From Chlamydiota bacterium (GTDB lineage Bacteria; Auribacterota; Tritonobacteria; UBA1439), in the NCBI GenBank assembly GCA_037133055.1, contig JBAXOY010000052.1:1-19967 (forward strand): a DNA stretch of 19,967 nucleotides. The letters run 5' to 3'. The notes under the pieces were generated by a model. It did no database searches, was not told the origin of the DNA, and saw nothing but the letters and a program-made list of their open reading frames with translations. Of the stretch, positions 8,628 through 17,236 are shown piece after piece (the stretch's first letter is position 1; every line of letters starts with the position of its first letter). Position numbers and translations under genes: made by a program.

Positions 8628-9431
8628 CTACTCGACATCACGTACCGCGCGCACGCATTGGAGGTAGATCTTAGGGGTAGGGAGATCTCCAACGCACATG
8701 CCCAACCACGTCACCCATGCGGCATAAGACTGTAAGTTCGGGGGGCCCCACTCAGTAGAGGACCACACTTTTCCAATCGGATTTTTCCATGCATCGCAAA
8801 TCGCGTCTAGTTCGTTTTTCGTCGCCAATCTCCAATCGGATTTTTCCAGCCAGTTCAGTCCGTCTGCCCATGCCATGGCATCATCCCAATTCATTGTGCC
8901 GCCATAAGCGCAGCCGAAACTATCCGTCCAATTCGCCGTGTACAATGTCCCTATCTGCGCGATATCATCGGTGCCGTCCGGGCCATATTTCAGATACCAG
9001 CCTGGGTCGCCGCCTACGATCTCGAACTTACCGCTTACGTCCAGGAACGCCGCCTGCCGCCCAGTGATAGGCTTCGACGGGTCGAAGAACGCCGCGACGA
9101 CCTCGTACTGCCCGAGAGGCGCGCCCGCCGGAAGATTCAGTGAGAGGAGCGGGTACGAGAACGGCGAGTCGAGGCGCGAGACGTTCGAGGCGAGGGGCTT
9201 GATGTCCGGCCCTAGCGTCAGCGCGTCGAGCATGGAACCGTCCGGCATGATAATCACCGAGAAGACGGTGAACGGCTGTGTGATTAACCTGTCCAACCGG
9301 AATGTTGCCGAGAAGAAGCCGCCGCGTGCGAACGACGACCCGTTCAACATCATTTCTGCCTGTGGCACCTGAGCATGACACAGTGAAGCCATCGCAACAA
9401 GAAAACACAAGAACATAGCCAATCTCTTCAC
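8628..9431 (-). CDS. Secreted protein: unassigned N-terminal ~115-aa module plus C-terminal DUF1566/Lcl-like (C-type-lectin-fold) domain
   Basis: Signal peptide ending LCHA|Q; C-terminal MNWDDAMAWADGL..SDWRLATKNEL..WSST..AW..VRAVR matches the DUF1566 pattern. Confidence 0.82.
   Translation of the reverse strand: MKRLAMFLCFLVAMASLCHAQVPQAEMMLNGSSFARGGFFSATFRLDRLITQPFTVFSVIIMPDGSMLDALTLGPDIKPLASNVSRLDSPFSYPLLSLNLPAGAPLGQYEVVAAFFDPSKPITGRQAAFLDVSGKFEIVGGDPGWYLKYGPDGTDDIAQIGTLYTANWTDSFGCAYGGTMNWDDAMAWADGLNWLEKSDWRLATKNELDAICDAWKNPIGKVWSSTEWGPPNLQSYAAWVTWLGMCVGDLPTPKIYLQCVRAVRDVE
8772..8848. repeat. Exact 18-bp direct repeat inside the DUF1566-like domain
   Basis: TCCAATCGGATTTTTCCA at 8772-8789 and 8831-8848. 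Confidence 0.9.
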
Positions 9432-10100
9432 GGCCCCATCCCTTCAGTGAGAACCCCGGTCAGTATCGCGCCGCTTTTGGAACAATGAGACCAAAGGTCA
9501 TGGAATTACACTACAGGATGCAGCCTGACCCGCCATTTCCGAGATCGTGCCTCATCACTCCAGCCCCGATGCCGAATCTCACACACAGCCATTTCGTCAT
9601 ACGACACCCCCCTCCCTTCACGTTACCCGCGGTCGCATACGGAAAAACGCTGTGGCGCGCCGCCGCCACCGTCATATGATTGCGCATCGGGCGCACAATA
9701 GCAATCACCCGGGGGGGGAGATTTTAAGGGGGGTGAAACAGGCGATCCGCAGCCCCGCCCACGCCGGGGAAATGGAGACAAATGAGGGGAATGGGAAAAC
9801 AGGGCTGCTGTAACTAACTGCGGATGAATTCGATGCAAGTATCATGCGACGAAAGAACTGCCCCGGTCATGCGTACTTCTGCTCGCGGCGTCTCCCCCAT
9901 GGGGGGTAGATTCGCCGCGCCGGGCGGCGAAACGATTCCGCCATATCTTGGCCGGTCGGGACGCGTGAGGATACTCCTCCCCGTACGTCTGCATGTCGCC
10001 CACCGCTAGAGGGACCGGTTTGATCGCCTTTCCCAGGTTTGATTAGCGAGGGGCTCCCCCGAGATTGTCATACAGCCTGGTTGCTGCTGGACTGCCGATA

Positions 10101-10120
10101 CCTGCCTGCCGGCAGGCAGG
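10101..10120. repeat. Perfect 20-bp palindrome (REP-like)
   Basis: CCTGCCTGCCGGCAGGCAGG is its own reverse complement; intergenic. Confidence 0.8.
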
Positions 10121-10297
10121 GGTGACTGAAGACTGGCACGTTGTACTACAGTGCTTCCTGGATACTGAGCCCGGCTGGCAAGAGCTGAATGCGGGAGTGG
10201 AGAATATGGAGGGAGAGGCCTTACGAAAGTAGTGTCTTTACGCGTGCCTTCTGGCTACATGGCTGACTCTGAAGTTGTTCTCAGCTTCGCGAGGAAT

Positions 10298-10684
10298 TTA
10301 CCTGCTGCTTCTCCTTTGAATAACCTCTTCTATCAATGCTGCCAACGCAGAGGGGTCGAATGGTTTTGTAATATATCCTTCATCGTCCAATTGCGCGGCC
10401 TTTAGTTTGAATTCCATATCGCCCAAGGCGCTCAACATGACTACGGGGATCTCCATTGTATTTCGGTCATCTTTCAACCTTTCCAGAACGGTGTAACCGC
10501 TTATGCCCGGCATCACTATATCAAGCAATATCAAGTCCGGCTTGACTTCTTTGGCTATCCTTAGACCTTGTTCCCCGTCCGTGGCCATATCCACTTTGAA
10601 ATCACCGAGGTACTCCAAATTTCTCTTAACAAGCTCACAGATATCTTTTTCATCATCAACAATTAATATTCTTTTTTTGATCAT
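10298..10684 (-). CDS. Single-domain response regulator (receiver only)
   Basis: ILIVDDE, PDLILLDIVMP (phospho-Asp), MLSA and ITKPF; TAAGGAGG RBS. Confidence 0.95.
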   Translation of the reverse strand: MIKKRILIVDDEKDICELVKRNLEYLGDFKVDMATDGEQGLRIAKEVKPDLILLDIVMPGISGYTVLERLKDDRNTMEIPVVMLSALGDMEFKLKAAQLDDEGYITKPFDPSALAALIEEVIQRRSSR

Positions 10685-10714
10685 GGCGCGCCTCCTTACG
10701 GTTTAACCGCCGGC

Positions 10715-10743
10715 ATCTTAGCGCACATTTTCCGCCCTTGCAA
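10715..10743 (-). promoter_or_regulatory. Putative sigma70-type promoter of the response regulator
   Basis: Minus strand TTGCAA-17 bp-TAAGAT, 30 bp upstream of the ATG at 10684. Confidence 0.5.
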
Positions 10744-10748
10744 TGAGT

Positions 10749-10826
10749 TTATCTGAAAGGAACCACTGCCTCGTCATCCATCACAAGAATGTGACGCTGC
10801 TGCGCGTCATCTGCATTTTTTTTCAT
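10749..10826 (-). pseudogene. Truncated receiver-domain remnant
   Basis: Hand translation MKKNADDAQQRHILVMDDEAVVPFR*; HILVMDDE is the first strand and acidic pocket of a receiver domain. Overlaps the kinase 3' end in the +1 frame. Confidence 0.6.
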
Positions 10827-12168
10827 GGCCACATCTCTTTTCAATAGGCAGCGTAATGATAACCGTTGCTCCCTTGCCTTCACCGTCGCTCTGCACCGTT
10901 ATATCACCGTCGTGGGACTTGAGTATGCCGACGCACATCGGCAGCCCGAGCCCGTTGCCCTCGCCGACCTTCTTGGTGCTGAAGAACGGATCAAACACCT
11001 TGTGCAAATCCTCTGGCTTTATCCCGACTCCGTTGTCCTGCACTATGACGCGAACCCGGTCGCCTTCCCTCTCTGTGGCGACTTTTAATATCCCTCCTTC
11101 ACGCATGGCCTGGCACGCGTTGAGCGCAACATTCACAAAAACATTCGCCAGCGAACTCCTGTGGGCAAAGACAGGGGGGAGATTCAACGAATATTCCTTG
11201 TCCAATACGATGTGCGTAAACGATGACTGCCACCCCGCCAACCCTATCGCCCCATCTATAACCTCATGCAAATCCACAGGCGCCATCGGAAGACTGTATC
11301 CCCTCCCGATCGCGAGCAGGCCGCCCACGATCGCCCTGCAACGATCGGCGTGGCTCGCCACCTTCTCAAGCGCGTCTTTCAATTCCTCGTGGTCGGGCTT
11401 ATCCCGCCTCAGTTCGCTCAACGCCATCTGGCTGAAACCGATCACGCAGGCGAGCGGATTATTGAGCTCGTGGCCGGCTCCCGCCACAAGCATGCCGACG
11501 GATGACAGCCTCTCCGCCGCCATGAGACGTTTCTCCATTTCCTTGAGCTCGGTGATGTCGCTCATCGCGGCGCGGCACAGCGGCGCGCCGTCGGCGTCCC
11601 GAGCGGCGGTCGCCCCCACCCGCGCCCAGAGGGGGGCGGCATCCGCGCGCAGCATTCTTATCTCGTACTCCTGCGGCGCGCCTGTTTCAAAGAGCTGTGT
11701 GCGGTGTCGGCAGTGGATGTCCTGGTCCTCGGGGAGGATGAAGCGGGTCAACGGTTGTCCGACCAGGGTGGCTCTCGCCACGCCCAGCAACGAGGCGGCG
11801 GTGAGATTGGCTTCCAGGATCAGCCCCTGTTCGTTGAGCGTGAAATAGCCGACCGGCGCAAGGTCGAAATACCGCGCCCGCGACGCTTCGAGTTCAGCCT
11901 GCACCCGGCGCAGTTCATCGTTCTGCATCTCCAGCTCGATCTGGTGCACTCGCAGATCGTGGATCGCGCGCCGCGCCTTCACGGGGGACCGCGTGTCCCG
12001 GGTTCCGGTATTGTCCGCCCCGGCCTTCTCCTCCGCCCTCCTGCGCAAGGGCCTGCCCTGCCTGTTCGCCGGAGCCCCGGCGAAGGGGGGGGCCGCGTGC
12101 GGAGGGCCTGTCGGATCCGTCGAGTGTCCGGCGGAATCACCCTGTCCGGTTGTCATCTCTTTGGTCAT
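10807..12168 (-). CDS. Cytoplasmic PAS-domain sensor histidine kinase (start uncertain)
   Basis: Coiled coil HQIELEMQNDELRR, PAS/PAC domain, H-box AGHELNNPL, N-box NVALNACQAM, QDNGVGI, FDPFFSTK and GNGLGL; no TM segment. Confidence 0.92.
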   Translation of the reverse strand: MTKEMTTGQGDSAGHSTDPTGPPHAAPPFAGAPANRQGRPLRRRAEEKAGADNTGTRDTRSPVKARRAIHDLRVHQIELEMQNDELRRVQAELEASRARYFDLAPVGYFTLNEQGLILEANLTAASLLGVARATLVGQPLTRFILPEDQDIHCRHRTQLFETGAPQEYEIRMLRADAAPLWARVGATAARDADGAPLCRAAMSDITELKEMEKRLMAAERLSSVGMLVAGAGHELNNPLACVIGFSQMALSELRRDKPDHEELKDALEKVASHADRCRAIVGGLLAIGRGYSLPMAPVDLHEVIDGAIGLAGWQSSFTHIVLDKEYSLNLPPVFAHRSSLANVFVNVALNACQAMREGGILKVATEREGDRVRVIVQDNGVGIKPEDLHKVFDPFFSTKKVGEGNGLGLPMCVGILKSHDGDITVQSDGEGKGATVIITLPIEKRCGHEKKCR

Positions 12169-12373
12169 CGTGCACCCGATTCGGGTTGTAGGGCGTCTTT
12201 GCCTCGCGACGTCCCGGCGATGCCACAGACACGCTCCCGCCCCCATCGTCAAATGGAGTATACACCTGATGCGTCGTGTCTTCCACGGATATTAATCACC
12301 CCTCACCTGGCGGGTTGGCGTTGATGCGACAGCCTGCGCGACGACCGCGTCATTCCCGTTCCTCCACTGTTGA

Positions 12374-14029
12374 TTAGTTCCCCTTCGCCCGGCGCAGGGC
12401 TCGGGAGACAATCTCGCGGGCCTCGGCGACGATCTTCCCCAGGTGCTCCCCGCTCCTGAAGCTCTCGGCATAGATCTTGTAGATATCCTCCGTGCCGGAG
12501 GGCCGCGCGGCGAACCAGCCGCCCGCGCTCACGACCTTCAATCCCCCGACCGGCTCGTTGTTGCCGGGCGCCCTGGTGAGCTTCGCGACGATCGGGTCCC
12601 CGGCCATCTCGACCGCCTGCACATTTTCCGGCGAGAGGGCCTTCAGCCCCTTCTTCTCCGCGGGCGTCGCCGGCGCGTCGATCCGCGTGTAGTAGTGCGC
12701 GCCGAATTCCGCGGTCAGTTCCTCGTAGTGCGCGCCGGGGTCCCTGCCGGTGACGGCGGTGATCTCCGCCGCGAGGAGGCCCATGATCAGGCCGTCCTTG
12801 TCGGTCGCCCAGACCGTGCCGTCGCGGCGGAGGAAGCTCGCCCCGGCGCTCTCCTCGCCGCCGAAGCAGAAGGAGCCGTCGAAGAGCCCGGGGGCGAGAT
12901 ATTTGAACCCGACCGGCACCTCACAGAGAGTCCGGCCGAGCCCCTCCACCACGCGGTCGATCATGCTGCTCGAGACGAGCGTCTTCCCCACCGCCGCGCG
13001 CGGGGACCAGCCGGGGCGGTGCGTCAGGAGATAACGGATGGCGACGGCGAGGTAGTGGTTGGGGTTCATGAGCCCCGCCGACGGCGTGACGATCCCGTGA
13101 CGGTCCGCGTCGGGGTCGTTGCCGAAGGCGACCCGGTACCGGTCCTTGAGTTTCACCAGGCCGGCCATCGCGCAGGGGCTGGAGCAGTCCATCCGGATCT
13201 TGCCGTCGTGGTCCACGGTCATGAAGGAGAACGTCGGGTCGATCGAAGGGTTCACCACCGTGAGGTCGAGCCCGTACGTCTCGGCGATCGGGCCCCAGTA
13301 GCGGGTCGACGCCCCCCCCAGCGGGTCCACACCGATCTTCATCCCCGACACGCGCACCGCCTCCATGTCGATCACCGCGGCGAGGTCCCTCACGTACGGC
13401 GTCGCGTAATCGTGCGTGCGCATCGTGGGCGCCTTCAGGGCCGCGGCGAACGGCAGGCGCTTCACGCCCCTGTTCCCCGCCCTGAGGAGGGCGTTGGCTC
13501 GGTCCTGGATCCAGGCGGTCGTCTCCGTGTCGGCGGGACCGGCCGTCGGCGGGTTATACTTGATGCCGCCGTCGGGCGGGGGATTGTGCGAGGGGGTGAT
13601 GACGATGCCGTCGGAGATCGAGCCGGGGACCGTCCTGTTGTGGGAGAGTATCGCCCACGAAATAACCGGCGTGGGGGTGAACCCGTCGTCGCGCTGGACG
13701 CGCGTCTCGACCGCGTTCGCCGCGAGCACCTCGATCGCCGTGCGCTGGGCGGGAGCCGAGAGGGCGTGCGTGTCCTTGCCGAGGAAGAGGGGGCCGTCGA
13801 TGCCGCGGCTCCGCCGGTAGTCGCAGACCGCCTGGGTGACGGCACGGACGTGGGACTCGGTGAATGTGTCGTCGAAGGTGTGCCCGCGGTGGCCGCTCGT
13901 CCCGAAGCTCACGAGCGTGCGCGGGTCGCCGGGGTCGGGCCTGTTCCCGTAATACTCCTTCTCGAGCGCGGCGACATCGATGAGGAGTTCCTTCGGGGCC
14001 TTTTTCCCCGCGAGGGGGCTTATCGCCAT
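12374..14029 (-). CDS. pgm: Phosphoglucomutase (alpha-D-glucose-1,6-bisphosphate-dependent), 551 aa
   Basis: MAISPLAGK start, FGTSGHRG, catalytic TPSHNPP, metal loop DPDADR, GEESAG and [15 protein letters not shown]. Confidence 0.97.
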   Translation of the reverse strand: MAISPLAGKKAPKELLIDVAALEKEYYGNRPDPGDPRTLVSFGTSGHRGHTFDDTFTESHVRAVTQAVCDYRRSRGIDGPLFLGKDTHALSAPAQRTAIEVLAANAVETRVQRDDGFTPTPVISWAILSHNRTVPGSISDGIVITPSHNPPPDGGIKYNPPTAGPADTETTAWIQDRANALLRAGNRGVKRLPFAAALKAPTMRTHDYATPYVRDLAAVIDMEAVRVSGMKIGVDPLGGASTRYWGPIAETYGLDLTVVNPSIDPTFSFMTVDHDGKIRMDCSSPCAMAGLVKLKDRYRVAFGNDPDADRHGIVTPSAGLMNPNHYLAVAIRYLLTHRPGWSPRAAVGKTLVSSSMIDRVVEGLGRTLCEVPVGFKYLAPGLFDGSFCFGGEESAGASFLRRDGTVWATDKDGLIMGLLAAEITAVTGRDPGAHYEELTAEFGAHYYTRIDAPATPAEKKGLKALSPENVQAVEMAGDPIVAKLTRAPGNNEPVGGLKVVSAGGWFAARPSGTEDIYKIYAESFRSGEHLGKIVAEAREIVSRALRRAKGN

Positions 14030-14122
14030 GCCGCACCATCCCTTTCGTGCCACGGGCGCCCTATTGTACACTCCGCGCCTCCGATGGGCGACCCCTTACG
14101 ACAGCCCCCGGGGACGGGACGG

Positions 14123-16093
14123 TCATTGAACTGTGAAGGGAGACGCGGCCTCCAGAAAGGCGTCCTGCCGTCCTGTTACCGGCGTACACGGGTCGAACAA
14201 CGCGGCCACTATCCAGTACGGGCCTTTCGGCGCCCCCGGGGGAACCGCGACCGAAACGAGCCGGTGGCTGAACGGCGCCCCGAGCGCGGGCATGAACGTC
14301 ACGAGGGGCTTCACGGGCCCGAGCGTCACCGCGTCCCGCATCGAGCCGTCGGGCAGAATGAAGACCGCGTACGCGGCGAACGGCTGCGCGATCGTCCGGC
14401 GCAGCACAAAGTCCGCGGTCAGCGGATCACCGTGGCCGAACACAGCCCCGTTGAGCGCGATTTCCGCGGGCGGCGCGGGCAGGGCGGTCGGAGTCGGGGA
14501 CGGAGTCGCGGGCGCAGGCGTCGACGTAGGAGACATCTGGGTCGGCGTGTCCGTGGGAGTCGCCGTGACTGTGGGCGTGCGGGTCGGAGCGGGGGTGATT
14601 GTCGGCGTGGGGACCGGGGTCGGCGTTTCCTGGTCGAGCGCCGCCCTGACGTCGAGGCGCCCGTATCCATACGTGTTGTTCGGCCATCCGCTGCTGGAGC
14701 AGGCGGAAGATGAAATGTGCGTCGCGGACCGGCTCAGGACGTATTCGGTCGCGTCAACCTGATTCAGCAGCTCCGGCCGCGCGGACCAGAGGAGCGCCAC
14801 CGCGCCCGCGACGTGCGGCCCCGCCATGGAGGTGCCGTTCCACCCGCCCTCGTAACCGCCGCCGGGAACGCTTGAACGAATGTCGGTACCGGGCGCCGAG
14901 ATGTCGGGCTTCATGCGGCCGCTGCCGTCCATGGTCACGGGCCCGCGGCTGCTAAAGGATGCGATGGTATCGGTCCCCTTGTTCAAGGCCCCCACCGAGT
15001 ACGAGGCGTCGTAGATCGCAGGGGGATCGCTGACCGTTGAACATGCGGACCCGGAGTTCCCCGCCAAGACCACGGTCATGATCCCCGCAGCGCGCTGCGC
15101 CTCCACCGCCGCCTGGAGCGTGCTCCACGCGCACCCCTCCGACGCCGGGCACCCCCACGAGTTGTTCGTCACGTCTGGGGCCTTCGCGGGATCGCCGTCA
15201 TCGGGACTCCCCCCGACCGGGTACGGGGCGAGGAAGAATTCGAAGCATTCGAGATACGTGGCGGGGGTCCCGACCCCCGCGTTCATGTTCCTGCACCCGA
15301 TCCATTTCGCCCCCGGCGCCATGCCGATCTGATTCGATCCGCCGTCGTCGCCGAGGACCGTGCCCATCGTGTGCGTGCCGTGCCCCCGGTCGTCGCACGG
15401 CGCGGCCGAATCGTGTCCGCACGTTCCGCTGCTCGAGTGTATGCTGTCGTGCCAGTTGTAGTCGTGGTCTGCGGCCGAGCCGTTCCACCCGCGATACTTC
15501 GATTTCAGCGCCGGGTGGTCCCACTGATAGCCGGTATCCTGCCCGCCCACCACGATGCCCTGCCCCGTATAGCCGAGCGCCCAGACCTCCGGGGCGCGGA
15601 CATAGGTGATGTTGGTCTCGGCTGCCGCGGGGGCGTTCGGCTCCGTTCGCCCCGAGGGAGCGGGAAGGTCGTTCCGGATCAGGGGGTTCCCCTCGATACG
15701 CCATACGTCGCTGCGCGACGCGAGGGAGAGGGCGATATCGCGGCCCCCCCTCACCCAGACGAGGTTGACGATGTAAAAGGAGCGGTGCTCGATGCCGCGC
15801 GCATCGAGCCAGTCGAGGAGGGGCTTCTGCGCGGCGCGCGCTTTCCCGCGAAGGGTGTCGAAGACATACATTCCCTTCTCGACGCGGGTGGAGAACTCGG
15901 CGGCGGCGGAGAGGTCCGCCTGGTCGGCAAGCACGACGAGGAACTCGGCCTCGGCGCCGTTCTCGGTATGCGCGGCCACCCAGGGGGAGAGTTTCGCAGT
16001 GATCTTCGGGTCGGCGGTCTGCGCGCGCGCGGAGAAGGCGGACAGTGGAAGGAGCAGGGACGCCGGGAAAACGGCCACACGACCGGACATCAT
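14123..16093 (-). CDS. Secreted S8 (subtilase) serine peptidase with Pro/Thr linker and C-terminal unassigned module
   Basis: Signal peptide, propeptide, catalytic triad motifs QDTG, HGTHTMG and GTSMAGPHVAG, oxyanion AGN; P/T-rich linker at ~14470-14630. Confidence 0.95.
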   Translation of the reverse strand: MMSGRVAVFPASLLLPLSAFSARAQTADPKITAKLSPWVAAHTENGAEAEFLVVLADQADLSAAAEFSTRVEKGMYVFDTLRGKARAAQKPLLDWLDARGIEHRSFYIVNLVWVRGGRDIALSLASRSDVWRIEGNPLIRNDLPAPSGRTEPNAPAAAETNITYVRAPEVWALGYTGQGIVVGGQDTGYQWDHPALKSKYRGWNGSAADHDYNWHDSIHSSSGTCGHDSAAPCDDRGHGTHTMGTVLGDDGGSNQIGMAPGAKWIGCRNMNAGVGTPATYLECFEFFLAPYPVGGSPDDGDPAKAPDVTNNSWGCPASEGCAWSTLQAAVEAQRAAGIMTVVLAGNSGSACSTVSDPPAIYDASYSVGALNKGTDTIASFSSRGPVTMDGSGRMKPDISAPGTDIRSSVPGGGYEGGWNGTSMAGPHVAGAVALLWSARPELLNQVDATEYVLSRSATHISSSACSSSGWPNNTYGYGRLDVRAALDQETPTPVPTPTITPAPTRTPTVTATPTDTPTQMSPTSTPAPATPSPTPTALPAPPAEIALNGAVFGHGDPLTADFVLRRTIAQPFAAYAVFILPDGSMRDAVTLGPVKPLVTFMPALGAPFSHRLVSVAVPPGAPKGPYWIVAALFDPCTPVTGRQDAFLEAASPFTVQ

Positions 16094-16126
16094 GCCATCC
16101 GCCCTCGGAGTACCCGTACCCGTTTC

Positions 16127-16153
16127 AATATATCACACCGCATATCACACCGC
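16127..16153 (-). promoter_or_regulatory. Tandem 12-bp repeat overlapping an extended -10 element upstream of the S8 peptidase
   Basis: ATATCACACCGC twice (16130-16141, 16142-16153); minus strand TGaTATATT at 16127-16135. Confidence 0.5.
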
Positions 16154-16364
16154 CGGTATGGGCGCCACCCGGATGCCCGTGGGGGCGGATGATTTCACCG
16201 CGCGGGCTTCGAACTGCAGGGAATCGGGTCCTCGACGCCGGCCGTCCTGAACCCCCGCATCCGCAGGGCGCAGCTTTCGCGGGCCCCGCACGCCTCGGGG
16301 CCGTTGCTCGTGTAACAGGACCAGCTCAGGCCGAGCGGGCGCCGAGCGTATTTCCTCGCGCCGC

Positions 16365-17168
16365 TTACGGGTCGATCTCCCTTCCGCAATGCGGGCATTG
16401 CCGGACCGGCGCGCGCTTTTTCCGGATCTCCTCCGTGAAGCCCGACGCAAGGATGCCCGCGGGGATGGCGAACAACCCGATCCCGAGGATGGAGATCACC
16501 GCCCCGAGCAATTTGCCGAGGACGGTGACCGGGTATATATCGCCGTATCCCACGGTGGTCAATGTCTCCACGGCCCACCACATCGCGTTGGGAATGCTCG
16601 AGAACGCGGCGGGCTGGACCGGGTTTTCGATGATATACATGAGGCTCGATGAGAGCATCAGCAGAATGAGCACCAGGAACAGGGTGATCACCAGTTCCTC
16701 GGTCTTCGCCTTCAGAACGGCGGTGAACACGTTGAGCGAACGGACATAGCGGCTCAGTTTGAACATGCGGAACACGCGCATCAGGCGGAGCACCCGCAGG
16801 AACCTGAGGTCCATCGGCAGGATCACGGGTATGTAGAACGGCGCTATCGCGAAAAGGTCGACCACGCCCAGGAAGGACAACGCGTAGCGTATCCGCCCGA
16901 ACACGGCGCCGCGGTACCGCGGGGCGCTGGTGCACACCCACAGGCGCAGCAGGTACTCCGCGGTGAAGACGAGGATCGAGAAGCATTCGAACCGCCTGAA
17001 GAGCAGCGCGTGGACATCCTCGATGCTCCTGACCGTCTGGAGGGCGACCGCCACCACGTTGAGGATGATGAGCGTGATGATGAAGTAATCGAAAGCCGCG
17101 CTCAGCCGGTCGCCGGGCGTATTGAGCTCGAGGATATCAAAGAGGCGTTTGCGGATGCGTTCGCGCAT
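16365..17168 (-). CDS. Voltage-gated-type (6TM) potassium channel / ion transporter
   Basis: S4-like RFLRVLRLMRVFRMFK, pore helix AMWWAV, filter TTVGYGD and C-terminal CPHC. Start at the ATG at 17168 (alternative 17189). Confidence 0.93.
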   Translation of the reverse strand: MRERIRKRLFDILELNTPGDRLSAAFDYFIITLIILNVVAVALQTVRSIEDVHALLFRRFECFSILVFTAEYLLRLWVCTSAPRYRGAVFGRIRYALSFLGVVDLFAIAPFYIPVILPMDLRFLRVLRLMRVFRMFKLSRYVRSLNVFTAVLKAKTEELVITLFLVLILLMLSSSLMYIIENPVQPAAFSSIPNAMWWAVETLTTVGYGDIYPVTVLGKLLGAVISILGIGLFAIPAGILASGFTEEIRKKRAPVRQCPHCGREIDP

Positions 17169-17236
17169 GGCGACACCCTTCAATCTCACATCTCAGATTT
17201 CAGATCCCCACGGGGCACGCGAGGCTCGCCGCGGGC

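Noticed and set aside
14470..14630. Repetitive GC-rich DNA resembling a repeat array
   Set aside because: It encodes the Pro/Thr linker; there is no regular repeat-spacer structure, so it is not CRISPR.
12443..14713. 756-aa plus-strand ORF, and similar long ORFs at 2538..3695, 3310..4308, 10856..11848 and 15371..16192
   Set aside because: Antisense shadows of well-supported GC-rich minus-strand genes; no recognisable motifs.
16365..16400. C-terminal CPHC of the K+ channel
   Set aside because: Common tail in prokaryotic channels of this type; not unusual.
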